A stretch of DNA of 64,000 nt, from NCBI GenBank assembly GCA_021647465.1, contig JAKIUQ010000001.1:35962-99961 (forward strand), in the 5' to 3' direction. The notes under the pieces are model-generated. The model had not been told where the DNA came from and did no database searches. It saw only the letters and a list, made by a program, of their open reading frames with translations. The DNA comes from Emcibacter sp. GTDB lineage: Bacteria > Pseudomonadota > Alphaproteobacteria > Sphingomonadales > Emcibacteraceae. Shown piece after piece: positions 19,759 to 28,099 of the stretch. Positions within the stretch are counted from its first letter, which is position 1. The number at the start of each line of letters is the position of its first letter. Both the position numbers and the translations under genes were made by a program.

Positions 19759-20397
19759 CTACCGGGAAATTATTTGGCGACGGATCAGATATGTTCTTAA
19801 ATTCTCTGGACTGGTGAATTGATGGGTTTGTAAACCCATTTTCCGGGCCGCGATTATATTTTCCAGGCGATCATCAATGAAGAGGCTGTGCGTCGCTGGA
19901 ATGCCGGTACGGTTGAGCAGTATTTGATATATGCGGGGATCAGGTTTGGTAATTTTTTCCTCTCCTGAAACAATTATATCTAAAAACAAATCCATAAAAT
20001 CATGATTTTGTTTAAACGCTGGGAATTTTTCGGCAGGGAAGTTTGTCAGGCCAAATAACGTATAATTCAGATCGTGCAATTGATGCAAAATCTGAATGGT
20101 TCCTTCAATAATTCCCCCAAACATATTGTCCCATTGACTATCATAGGCGGCGATCATAGGGGCATATTCTGGATATTGTTTTTGTAAAAACCTTATGTTT
20201 TCGCTGAACGGCACACCCTGATCATGTCTGGTATGCCATTCCAAAGTGCAGACTGTTGAGAGGAAAAAATCTAATTCCTGTGGTCTGTCTTTGAAGAGCG
20301 GCACATAAGCCCGGCGCGGACCCCAGCGCACCAATACATTTCCAATATCGAATATAATGGCTTTGATTGGCGGCTCATATGGCACAAGATTATTCAT
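19759..20397 (-). CDS. HAD superfamily hydrolase (subfamily IA-like phosphatase)
   Basis: Motif I-like IIFDIGNVLV, with later KPDPRIY and LFIDD motifs. ATG at 20397 is preferred over the 27-codon extension. Confidence 0.8.
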   Translation of the reverse strand: MNNLVPYEPPIKAIIFDIGNVLVRWGPRRAYVPLFKDRPQELDFFLSTVCTLEWHTRHDQGVPFSENIRFLQKQYPEYAPMIAAYDSQWDNMFGGIIEGTIQILHQLHDLNYTLFGLTNFPAEKFPAFKQNHDFMDLFLDIIVSGEEKITKPDPRIYQILLNRTGIPATHSLFIDDRLENIIAARKMGLQTHQFTSPENLRTYLIRRQIISR

Positions 20398-20502
20398 GAA
20401 TAGGCCCAGAATAGACTTGAAAATGAAGAAGACCGTGCTCTTGGGGGGGAAGCACGGTCTCCTATTAACTGCTGACACAAGGCCAACAGAAAATTTTGAG
20501 TA

Positions 20503-20628
20503 TTAACCTTGGCGCGCTTTAAAGCGACGATTGGTTTTATTTATCACATATGTACGTCCACGACGACGAATAACCCGGCAATCGCGATGACGATTTTTCA
20601 ATGATTTTAAAGAATTTACAACCTTCAT
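20503..20628 (-). CDS. rpmJ: 50S ribosomal protein L36 (zinc-less type B)
   Basis: Absent from the ORF track because it is shorter than 60 aa. My hand translation is [41 protein letters not shown], 41 aa, a classic L36/YkgO-type sequence. Confidence 0.9.
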   Translation of the reverse strand: MKVVNSLKSLKNRHRDCRVIRRRGRTYVINKTNRRFKARQG

Positions 20629-20811
20629 GGTATTTTCCGCCTGACTAAAATAAATCTAAATTAATTACTTAAAAGTTTGGGCGGAAACTATATGCGATCG
20701 CAGTGAATGTCAATAATAAAGCAATTATAAAATGCAGAAAATATTTGTCTTTTAAGTCACGTCAATAAATTACGCCAATAAAGCCCTAAAAATTTTTGCT
20801 GTTCCTTAACA

Positions 20812-20825
20812 CTCCTTTAAAGGAG
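20812..20825. promoter_or_regulatory. Perfect 14-bp palindrome CTCCTTTAAAGGAG upstream of the HerA-like gene (possible operator)
   Basis: Read directly from the sequence. It lies about 60 bp upstream of the ATG at 20885. Confidence 0.3.
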
Positions 20826-20884
20826 GCTCCTGTAATATAGTTTCATAATAACCCATTTTATGCATAAATACAATATTGAAAAGA

Positions 20885-22558
20885 ATGATGTTAAAGAATA
20901 AAGCCCCAGATAATCAGCCTGATACAGCGCTTGAAATACCAAAGGAAATAGGATCCGTAACTTTGGTGAATGGCAATGATACGGTGGCGTTATGCGATGT
21001 GAATGATTTAAAAATAGCGATGGGTATGGATGATTCACCTCTTTTGCCGGCGGGGCAGATCGGGGCAATTGTTAAAATCAAGGTTAATAAGGGTTTCGTA
21101 TATGCGACGGTAAGGGAGCTTGTTCGTCATGACGTGCGCATAGAAGATAGTACCGGGCCAGTGAAGCATATAATGATGTATCTGGATTATCTGGGGCAGG
21201 GCCTTCGGGCGCCATACGCGCCGACCGGGGTTAGTTTTGATCGTGGGATAACGGATTTTCCGGTGCCGGGTCAGCTGGTATATGAGGTCAGCTATGATGA
21301 TCTTGAGGCAATTTTTGGGGATAATGATACCAATCATTTTCATATTGGGACTGTTTTCCCGCAGCATATGACCCCCGCCAGCATTAAAACAGACAGTATG
21401 CTGGGAAAACATTTTGCGGTGCTGGGCAGTACGGGTACGGGGAAGTCCTGTACTGTGGCGCTTCTTATTCACCGTATTGTTGAAAGAATGCCAAAAGGTC
21501 ATATCATTATACTTGACCCTCATGATGAATATGCCACAGCATTTAAAGACTGCGGGAAACATTTTGACATAAGCAATCTTCGCTTGCCCTATTGGATGAT
21601 GAATTTTGAAGAGCATGTTGAAATGTTTATCGGACGAACAGATTCCGCAGAGCGCGAGGTTGAGGTTGATATTTTGCGGCGCTGTATTTATGCCGCGCGC
21701 GTGGATGCTGCAACGAGCCTGCAGTCAGAAAAAATTACCGTCAATTCACCCATTCCCTATAAGCTTTCGTTCATTCTGGAATTTCTGGATAATAGTATGG
21801 GTAAGCTCGACAATCCAGACAATCTGGTGTCTTTTATGCGGATTAAGGCCAAGGTTGAAGAGTTAAGGCGTGATGTGCGTTTCGCCTTTATGTTTTCTGG
21901 TATGCTGGCGCATGATAATCTGAAAGAAGTCATTAAGAATTTACTTCGTTTTCCGGTTGAAGACAAACCTGTGTCAACCATTGACCTGTCTGGCGTACCA
22001 TCAGAAATTGTCAATGTGGTTGTTTCCATGATCAGCCGGCTCGTTTTTGATTTTGCCGTATGGACCAAGGGGGATAATTCACGACCCATTCTTCTGGTCT
22101 GTGAAGAGGCTCATAGATATGTCCCCAATTCAGAAAACACGGTTTTTGTCTCAGCGCGAAAATCTATTGAACGCATTGCCAAAGAAGGCCGTAAATACGG
22201 CGTTTCATTGGGGCTGGTATCACAAAGGCCGGCAGATGTTTCTGAATCAGCTCTGTCACAATGCGGCACCATCTTTGCGATGCGCATGAATAACGAGCGT
22301 GACCAGTCGTTTGTCGAACATGTCATGCCGGAAGGCAGCAAAGGAACTTTGGCAGCATTATCTTCATTGCAAAATCGTGAAGCTCTGGTGGTTGGCGAGG
22401 GCGTGAGAGCGCCGGTTCGCGTTTTGCTTGATAAACTGGATGAAAATAAAAGACCCTCTGGCGGCAACCCTTCCTATTCTGAAGATTGGCAAAAAGAAAT
22501 CGAGGATGATGCCTTCATTGTTGAAACCATCGAAAACTGGCGTAATCAGGGCCGATAA
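20885..22558 (+). CDS. HerA/FtsK-like (DUF87) P-loop ATPase
   Basis: Walker A FAVLGSTGTGKSCTVA, Walker B ILLVCEEAHRYVP, and KEGRKYGVSLGLVSQRPADV, which is typical of HerA-type hexameric ATPases. The ORF track starts at TTG 20876; the first ATG is at 20885. Confidence 0.8.
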   Translation: MMLKNKAPDNQPDTALEIPKEIGSVTLVNGNDTVALCDVNDLKIAMGMDDSPLLPAGQIGAIVKIKVNKGFVYATVRELVRHDVRIEDSTGPVKHIMMYLDYLGQGLRAPYAPTGVSFDRGITDFPVPGQLVYEVSYDDLEAIFGDNDTNHFHIGTVFPQHMTPASIKTDSMLGKHFAVLGSTGTGKSCTVALLIHRIVERMPKGHIIILDPHDEYATAFKDCGKHFDISNLRLPYWMMNFEEHVEMFIGRTDSAEREVEVDILRRCIYAARVDAATSLQSEKITVNSPIPYKLSFILEFLDNSMGKLDNPDNLVSFMRIKAKVEELRRDVRFAFMFSGMLAHDNLKEVIKNLLRFPVEDKPVSTIDLSGVPSEIVNVVVSMISRLVFDFAVWTKGDNSRPILLVCEEAHRYVPNSENTVFVSARKSIERIAKEGRKYGVSLGLVSQRPADVSESALSQCGTIFAMRMNNERDQSFVEHVMPEGSKGTLAALSSLQNREALVVGEGVRAPVRVLLDKLDENKRPSGGNPSYSEDWQKEIEDDAFIVETIENWRNQGR

Positions 22559-22572
22559 CATTGAACTGCATA

Positions 22573-22595
22573 GGGGGCATGCTCCCCGTTTCTTG
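22573..22595 (+). terminator. Weak hairpin plus T-rich tail after the HerA-like gene
   Basis: GGGGG-CATG-CTCCCC (one wobble pair) followed by GTTTCTT. Confidence 0.3.
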
Positions 22596-22745
22596 CAGAG
22601 GAATTGTTAATTTAGGGACTGTAAAAGAAAAATAAATTTTATAATCTTTTAGCATAAATTATTAATAAAATATTCAGCAATCTAGTCTAAAAATATTGGA
22701 GTTAGAAAATTTCGTGTATGTAAAACTTTATTAAAGGCGGGTAAA

Positions 22746-25046
22746 ATGAATCAATTTGATCATAAAAATAATAATGCGCAAGAAGATACGGGGGGAATAT
22801 TCACAATAAAAAATTCATTATTCGGTATAGTTGCAATATTGGTTTTGATTGTCGTTTCTTTTAGAGTTAGCTCAGCAATTGATGCGTCAAATTACAAGGC
22901 TGAACTGGAATATGCTGTTGTTATAAATGAATTCTCTGATAACCTTATTGAGGCGACAAACCATTTTTCTCTTGAAAGAGGCGCGATGGTAATCGCCTTG
23001 GGTTCTGAAGAGGCTATTTCCTCAAAATTTAACGCAATGATTACAGAAAACCGTGCCAAGGGCGTTGCCGCTTATCAAAAAGCAATGGCAAATTTCGCTA
23101 AAATGGATGACTTTCCCCGTAAGAAAGCCCTTGTCTTGGAAACAGAGACAAATTTCAAAACTTATTTGGATGCGCAAGGCGATGCAGATCGTGCCAGTCT
23201 GGTATCAATCGCAGATGAACAGGATTATGAAGTCAAAAGCAGTAAAGCCGCTGAAAAATCGCGTGCGGGCCGCAAGTTTCGCCGCGCCATCGATGCGCTG
23301 AATAGTAATATACATGAAATTCGCCTCGCATCAGAATTTGAAGCGAACATTTCCAATGCGCGAATTATTCTCTATCAACAACTTAAAAATTCTCTTGCAG
23401 AAATGATCGAATATTCTGACCGTGAGTGGACGGGGATGGGTACGGCAATTGCTTCTAAAAAGCCGATATCCGAGAATATGATAACGACCATGTCTTCATA
23501 TAGTGGTCGTGTGACGTCTAATTGGGCGATGGTAAATGCGCTCCTGGACAGTAGTTTTATAGATAAAGAATTGAAAAATTATGCAAAAAATGTGGATATG
23601 GATTTCTTTGAAGGCTTGCGTGACTTGAAAGATGAGGTTTATGATGCTTCATATGATGCAGCGGTGTCTCAGGATCTGGATGCTGATTTCGTTACGGCAG
23701 ATTATTCTGTTACGGCTGCGGAGTGGATTGATCAGGCAATAGCCGCAAGTAAATCTATTCAAGGCCTTAACAAGGCCGTGGGTAATTCCGCCCGTGATGC
23801 AGCCCTGAAAAGCGAAGCTGAGGCCAATACACAAATGATTACGGGTATTGTGGTCTTGATTATAGCCTTATTCATTGGTGCCGGGGCATTTTGGCTTGTC
23901 GCTGTGCGTATTGCACGCCCATTGACCCGTCTTGGAGAGACCATGTCTGAAATTGCCCATGGTGACCTTGATGTTAAAATCATGGGGATTGACCGGCGGG
24001 ATGAAATTGGATCCATGGCCCGTTCCCTGCAGGTTTTCAAAGAAGCGGCAATAGAAAAAATACGTCATGAGGCCGAAGAACAAAAAGCAGCCGAAGAAAG
24101 ACAAATCAAAAAAGAGCGTAAAGTCAAAGCTCAGCGCGAAGAGGAAGAAAAACTTCGCAAGCAGGAAGAAGAGCGTGAAAGAAATCTGCGGGAAGCCCGA
24201 CAGGCCGAAATGCTGGCCCTTGCCGATAATTTTGAATCTTCTGTTATGGAAATTGTGTCATCTGTTTCAGCAGCATCTGGTGAAATGGAGAAGAATGCCC
24301 GGGAGATGTCTTCAGTAGCAGAAGAGACAACCCATCAGGCAACTTCTGTCACGGCAGCGTCTGAACAGACAAGTTCCAATATTCAAACTGTGGCCAGTGC
24401 CGCAGAAGAATTGTCGGCATCTGTGAAAGAAATCAGTCAACAGATAATCCAGTCCAATGAGTTTTCATCCAATGCGGTTGCTGAAACCGAAAAAGCAACG
24501 GTGGAAATTCAGGGATTGGTTGAGGCCGCCCAGAAAATTGGTGATGTGATTAACCTCATTAATGATATTGCAGAGCAGACTAACCTTCTGGCACTGAATG
24601 CGACTATTGAGGCCGCACGCGCCGGAGAGGCCGGAAAGGGCTTTGCTGTTGTCGCGTCCGAAGTTAAAAATCTGGCGAGCCAGACAGCAACGGCTACGGA
24701 TGAAATAACCCTGCAAGTCGGGAGCATGCGAGATGCGACCGAAAAGGCGGTTACGGCGATAGCGGGCATTCAGAATGTCATTAAGAGGATTGATGATACA
24801 TCGCTTTCTATCTCATCTGCCATGGAAGAACAGGATGCGTCAACCCATGAGATCGCCCGTAATGTGTCAGAAGTCTCCGCTGGTACGCAGGAAGTCACCA
24901 GTAATATTCATGTGATGAACGACGGGGCAAAATCTACTGGTACGGCGGCGAATGCTGTATTGAATTCTGCCCAGAATATGTCGCAGCAGTCTTCAGAGCT
25001 ACGCCGGCAACTCGAAAAATTCCTGGAAAAAATTCGGGCGGCATAA
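22746..25046 (+). CDS. Methyl-accepting chemotaxis protein (large periplasmic sensor, HAMP, E/K/R-rich helix, MA domain)
   Basis: Two TM segments and a HAMP domain (ARPLTRLGETMSEIAHGDLDV). The highly conserved MCP hairpin LLALNATIEAARAGEAGKGFAVVASEVKNLA is present. The periplasmic part contains NHFSLERGAMVIAL, reminiscent of NIT domains (inference). Confidence 0.92.
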   Translation: MNQFDHKNNNAQEDTGGIFTIKNSLFGIVAILVLIVVSFRVSSAIDASNYKAELEYAVVINEFSDNLIEATNHFSLERGAMVIALGSEEAISSKFNAMITENRAKGVAAYQKAMANFAKMDDFPRKKALVLETETNFKTYLDAQGDADRASLVSIADEQDYEVKSSKAAEKSRAGRKFRRAIDALNSNIHEIRLASEFEANISNARIILYQQLKNSLAEMIEYSDREWTGMGTAIASKKPISENMITTMSSYSGRVTSNWAMVNALLDSSFIDKELKNYAKNVDMDFFEGLRDLKDEVYDASYDAAVSQDLDADFVTADYSVTAAEWIDQAIAASKSIQGLNKAVGNSARDAALKSEAEANTQMITGIVVLIIALFIGAGAFWLVAVRIARPLTRLGETMSEIAHGDLDVKIMGIDRRDEIGSMARSLQVFKEAAIEKIRHEAEEQKAAEERQIKKERKVKAQREEEEKLRKQEEERERNLREARQAEMLALADNFESSVMEIVSSVSAASGEMEKNAREMSSVAEETTHQATSVTAASEQTSSNIQTVASAAEELSASVKEISQQIIQSNEFSSNAVAETEKATVEIQGLVEAAQKIGDVINLINDIAEQTNLLALNATIEAARAGEAGKGFAVVASEVKNLASQTATATDEITLQVGSMRDATEKAVTAIAGIQNVIKRIDDTSLSISSAMEEQDASTHEIARNVSEVSAGTQEVTSNIHVMNDGAKSTGTAANAVLNSAQNMSQQSSELRRQLEKFLEKIRAA

Positions 25047-25083
25047 CGTCTGGAATTCTGAGGGAACAAATGTAATAATATTT

Positions 25084-25114
25084 AAAGGGTGCTTTTTCAG
25101 GCACCCTTTTTTTA
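25084..25114. terminator. Bidirectional intrinsic terminator between the MCP gene and the quinone oxidoreductase gene
   Basis: AAAGGGTGC-TTTTTCAG-GCACCCTTT perfect 9-bp stem followed by TTTTT, with an A-run on the other side. Confidence 0.8.
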
Positions 25115-25142
25115 TGGTTCTGGATTTATGGTTTTGGGCCTG

Positions 25143-26144
25143 TTAAGTCGTCAATATAATCTTGCCCATATTCTCTCCGCTTTCCAGATAACGGTGTGCC
25201 GCCGCAGCATCTTTAAGGGAAAAGACCTTGTTTATGACAGGTTTAATTTTCCCTTGTTCGATTAGGGGCCAGACTTTTTTATGCAGGCTTTCGGCGATAT
25301 CGGCTTTAAAGGCTGTTTCGCGGGCGCGCAGGGTGGAGCCAGTGAAGGTCAGGCGTTTGAGCATGATAGGTAAAATATTGGCCTTGATTTTTGGCCCGCG
25401 CAGAACGGCAATAAGAACAATGCGGCCCTCAACAGCCATTACCGTGAAATTCTTCTTCATATAGTCCCCGGCAACCATATCAAGCAAAAGATTTACGCCT
25501 TTGCCGCCGGTGAAGGATTTGACCTCTTCTGCAAAATCCTGGGTTTTATAATTAATAGATAAATCCGCGCCAAGCTCAGTGCAAAAATCGGTTTTTCTGT
25601 TGGTGCCGGATGTGGTGATGACAGTCGCGCCAAAGGCTTTGGCCAATTGAATTGCGGTTGTGCCAATGCCGGATGTCCCGCCGTGCACCATAAATGTTTC
25701 GCCTTCTTTTAAGCCCCCCCGGTCAAACACATTGGACCATACGGTAAAGAAGGTTTCGGGTAAGCCCGCCGCTTCGATCATGGTTAAATTTTCTGGAACG
25801 GGCAGGCATTGCGCCGCCTGAGCCGTGCAATATTCAGCGTAACCACCACCAGAAAGCAGGGCAGTGACTTTATCGCCCAGCTTCCAGTCTGTGACATCGC
25901 CGGCCATTGCAACGATTTCTCCGGAAACTTCAAGCCCGGGTATTTTTGAGGCACCTTTTGGGGCCGGATACATCCCGGTGCGTTGCATAATATCAGGGCG
26001 GTTTACGCCAGCGGCATAAGTCTTGATCAGCAGGTCACCGCTTTCGACTTTTGGTAAGGGTATTTGAACAGGTTTAAGGACTTCTGGATTCCCAAATTCA
26101 CTGATTTCAATAGCGGTCATTAATTTTGGCAAAGGGGTCATCAT
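25143..26144 (-). CDS. NAD(P)H:quinone oxidoreductase (zinc-independent MDR family, Qor/PIG3-like)
   Basis: 333 aa. GVNRPD, VHGGTSGIGTTAIQLAKAFGA (nucleotide-binding motif), C-terminal GKIIL. Confidence 0.85.
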   Translation of the reverse strand: MMTPLPKLMTAIEISEFGNPEVLKPVQIPLPKVESGDLLIKTYAAGVNRPDIMQRTGMYPAPKGASKIPGLEVSGEIVAMAGDVTDWKLGDKVTALLSGGGYAEYCTAQAAQCLPVPENLTMIEAAGLPETFFTVWSNVFDRGGLKEGETFMVHGGTSGIGTTAIQLAKAFGATVITTSGTNRKTDFCTELGADLSINYKTQDFAEEVKSFTGGKGVNLLLDMVAGDYMKKNFTVMAVEGRIVLIAVLRGPKIKANILPIMLKRLTFTGSTLRARETAFKADIAESLHKKVWPLIEQGKIKPVINKVFSLKDAAAAHRYLESGENMGKIILTT

Positions 26145-26222
26145 GGGGTATCCTATTTTTGAATTTCACATTTTCTATGATATAGAGCAATTGTTTGAAT
26201 AACAAAAGGTGAAGCATATAAA

Positions 26223-26426
26223 ATGTTATTTTCTGATTTTGATGATGAATTAGAGAGGCTGAAAGATTCCCCCATAGCCTCTGTGATGAAGGAAGATCTT
26301 GCGGTACATTCCGTAGAAATGTTGAATTTACGGCTTCGGGCGCTAAAATCTGAAATAAGGCGGACGGATAAAGCCATTGAATGTAAGGGAGACGCCAAGA
26401 ATTCTGCGGAAAGTTTTTTTAAATAA
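26223..26426 (+). CDS. DUF1192 domain-containing protein
   Basis: 67 aa with the pattern DL...SVEMLNLRLRALKSEIRR...K...SAESFF, as in the alphaproteobacterial DUF1192 family. Chosen over the overlapping 99-aa minus-strand ORF. A terminator follows. Confidence 0.7.
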   Translation: MLFSDFDDELERLKDSPIASVMKEDLAVHSVEMLNLRLRALKSEIRRTDKAIECKGDAKNSAESFFK

Positions 26427-26466
26427 AAAACCCTGCCTAAGTTTTTACGCATAGGCAGGGTGATTT
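26425..26466. terminator. Bidirectional intrinsic terminator (DUF1192 gene / hsp20)
   Basis: CCCTGCCTA-N12-TAGGCAGGG perfect 9-bp stem (26431-26460), flanked by AAAAAA on one side and a T-rich tail on the other. Confidence 0.75.
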
Positions 26467-26476
26467 TATTATTTGT

Positions 26477-26920
26477 TTATTTTCCCGTTTTTTTTGGGTT
26501 GTTAATCGCAATTTTACGGGGCTTGAGATGTTCGGGGACCTCTCTTTGCAGGTCAATGGTCAATAAGCCATTTTCCAATTCAGCATCAATGACACGAATG
26601 GTTTCGGCCAAGCGAAAACGACGTTCAAAAGAGCGGTTGGCAATGCCGCGATGTAGGAACCTGCCGTCATCTTCGTCTTCTTTTTCGGCATTATTTTTGG
26701 CCGAAACGATGAGAACGCCTTCATTGATTGCCACATCAAGGTCATCTTCTGAAAAACCGGCAAGGGCAATGGTAATTCTATAATCATCTTCACTGACTTT
26801 TTCGATATTATAGGGCGGGTAGGAGGCCTCATTGCTGCCCCGTGACGTGTCAAGTAGCCGATTAATATGATCAAATCCGATGGAAGATCGGAGGAGGGGG
26901 GTTAAATCCATTGTACGCAT
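26477..26920 (-). CDS. Hsp20/alpha-crystallin family small heat-shock protein (IbpA-like)
   Basis: MRTMDLTPLLRSSIGFDHINRLLD...PPYNIEKVSEDDYRITIALAGFSEDDLDV is the typical IbpA-type sHSP pattern. Confidence 0.9.
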   Translation of the reverse strand: MRTMDLTPLLRSSIGFDHINRLLDTSRGSNEASYPPYNIEKVSEDDYRITIALAGFSEDDLDVAINEGVLIVSAKNNAEKEDEDDGRFLHRGIANRSFERRFRLAETIRVIDAELENGLLTIDLQREVPEHLKPRKIAINNPKKTGK

Positions 26921-27140
26921 AATCTATCCTTTCTCTATAGCGATATATCTAACGTTCCACCAAAAGGCTGAAACAGTTAAGTTAACATTCACATTTTATA
27001 TTTGGCCCAAAACTGGCACCGCATATAAGACATAGATAATTCTGTAAAATAAAATTTCAAGAAGCCGCCATGGAAAAAGTAACCGCCTATTAAGAAAAAT
27101 ATTCTATGGTGGGCGGCTATTTTAATCTGGATGTGACCAT

Positions 27141-27626
27141 ATGACGCAGAAAAATACCTTTGAAGATGTATTGCTGGAGCCACGTTTTATGGAAAAATCA
27201 TATAAAGAAGCTATGCTTCTGACGCAGGATGTTGCCAATTATTTTGAGTTGGAGAATAAATCCTTGTCAGAAGAAAGCATAAATGTGGGGCCGAGTGTTA
27301 CTTACGCCAGCGAGACCATGCGCGTATCAACATGCCTGATGCAGATAATGTCCTGGTTTTTGGTTCAAAAGGCCGTGGATAATGGGGAAATAACGCCGCA
27401 GCAGGCGAGCGAGCCGCCATACCGTTTAGGCGCATTTGATATATGTCTGGCAGAGGTAGACACAGAGAATGGCATATTGCCTGAGCAGTTTGTCATATAT
27501 TTAAATAAAGCGCAAAACCTCTATCGGCAGGTTGCCCGAATGGATCACATGCGCTACGGCAATAGTGAAGCCATAAATACAGTCCATAATATGCTTGACC
27601 AGCTTAAAAAAGATAATAACGAGTAA
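27141..27626 (+). CDS. rcdA: DUF1465 family protein (RcdA-like protease adaptor)
   Basis: 161 aa with EAMLLTQDVANYF...ETMRVSTCLMQIMSWFLVQKAV, the DUF1465 pattern. Caulobacter RcdA belongs to this family. Confidence 0.72.
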   Translation: MTQKNTFEDVLLEPRFMEKSYKEAMLLTQDVANYFELENKSLSEESINVGPSVTYASETMRVSTCLMQIMSWFLVQKAVDNGEITPQQASEPPYRLGAFDICLAEVDTENGILPEQFVIYLNKAQNLYRQVARMDHMRYGNSEAINTVHNMLDQLKKDNNE

Positions 27627-27655
27627 TTATATTGCTTATTGCTCAGACAAAATAA

Positions 27656-27690
27656 TTTAGAGGCCACTTGCACATGAAGAGGCCTCTAAA
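27656..27690. terminator. Terminator hairpin between convergent rcdA and rpmE
   Basis: TTTAGAGGCC-N15-GGCCTCTAAA perfect 10-bp stem. The T-rich tail is on the minus strand (rpmE side). Confidence 0.65.
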
Positions 27691-27709
27691 CTTAACGTCA
27701 TTTTGAAAT

Positions 27710-27934
27710 TTATTTGGATAGTTTAAAAGTTGCGAAACGTTTGTTGAACTGTGCAACACGTCCTTTATCCGCAATTTTCTTACTTCCGCCTGTCCAGGCA
27801 GGATGCGATAATGGATCAACTTCCAAAGTCATCGTATCGCCTTCTTTACCCCAGGTAGAAAAGGTTTTGTACGTGGTTCCGTCAGTCATCGCCACATTAA
27901 TTTCATGGTAGTCCGGGTGTATATTTTGCTTCAT
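27710..27934 (-). CDS. rpmE: 50S ribosomal protein L31
   Basis: [20 protein letters not shown]...HPAWTG...RVAQFNKRF, 74 aa. Confidence 0.95.
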   Translation of the reverse strand: MKQNIHPDYHEINVAMTDGTTYKTFSTWGKEGDTMTLEVDPLSHPAWTGGSKKIADKGRVAQFNKRFATFKLSK

Positions 27935-28099
27935 CGCTATTGTTCTCCGCGAAAATTTGTTGCGCTTATATACCCAACCAAAATTATGAAAGCAAGGACA
28001 GTTTATACTTTTCTTGTCATTCAGTGATTTTTTTTTACAATCATGGCTGTTCAGCGTTGTTCGAGGTCGGGATGCCTGCTATAGGCATGAACTAGATTA

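Noticed and set aside
26153-26452. 99-aa minus-strand ORF overlapping the DUF1192 gene
   Set aside because: The plus-strand 67-aa ORF matches the DUF1192 pattern and is followed by a strong terminator. The minus-strand product has no recognisable features.
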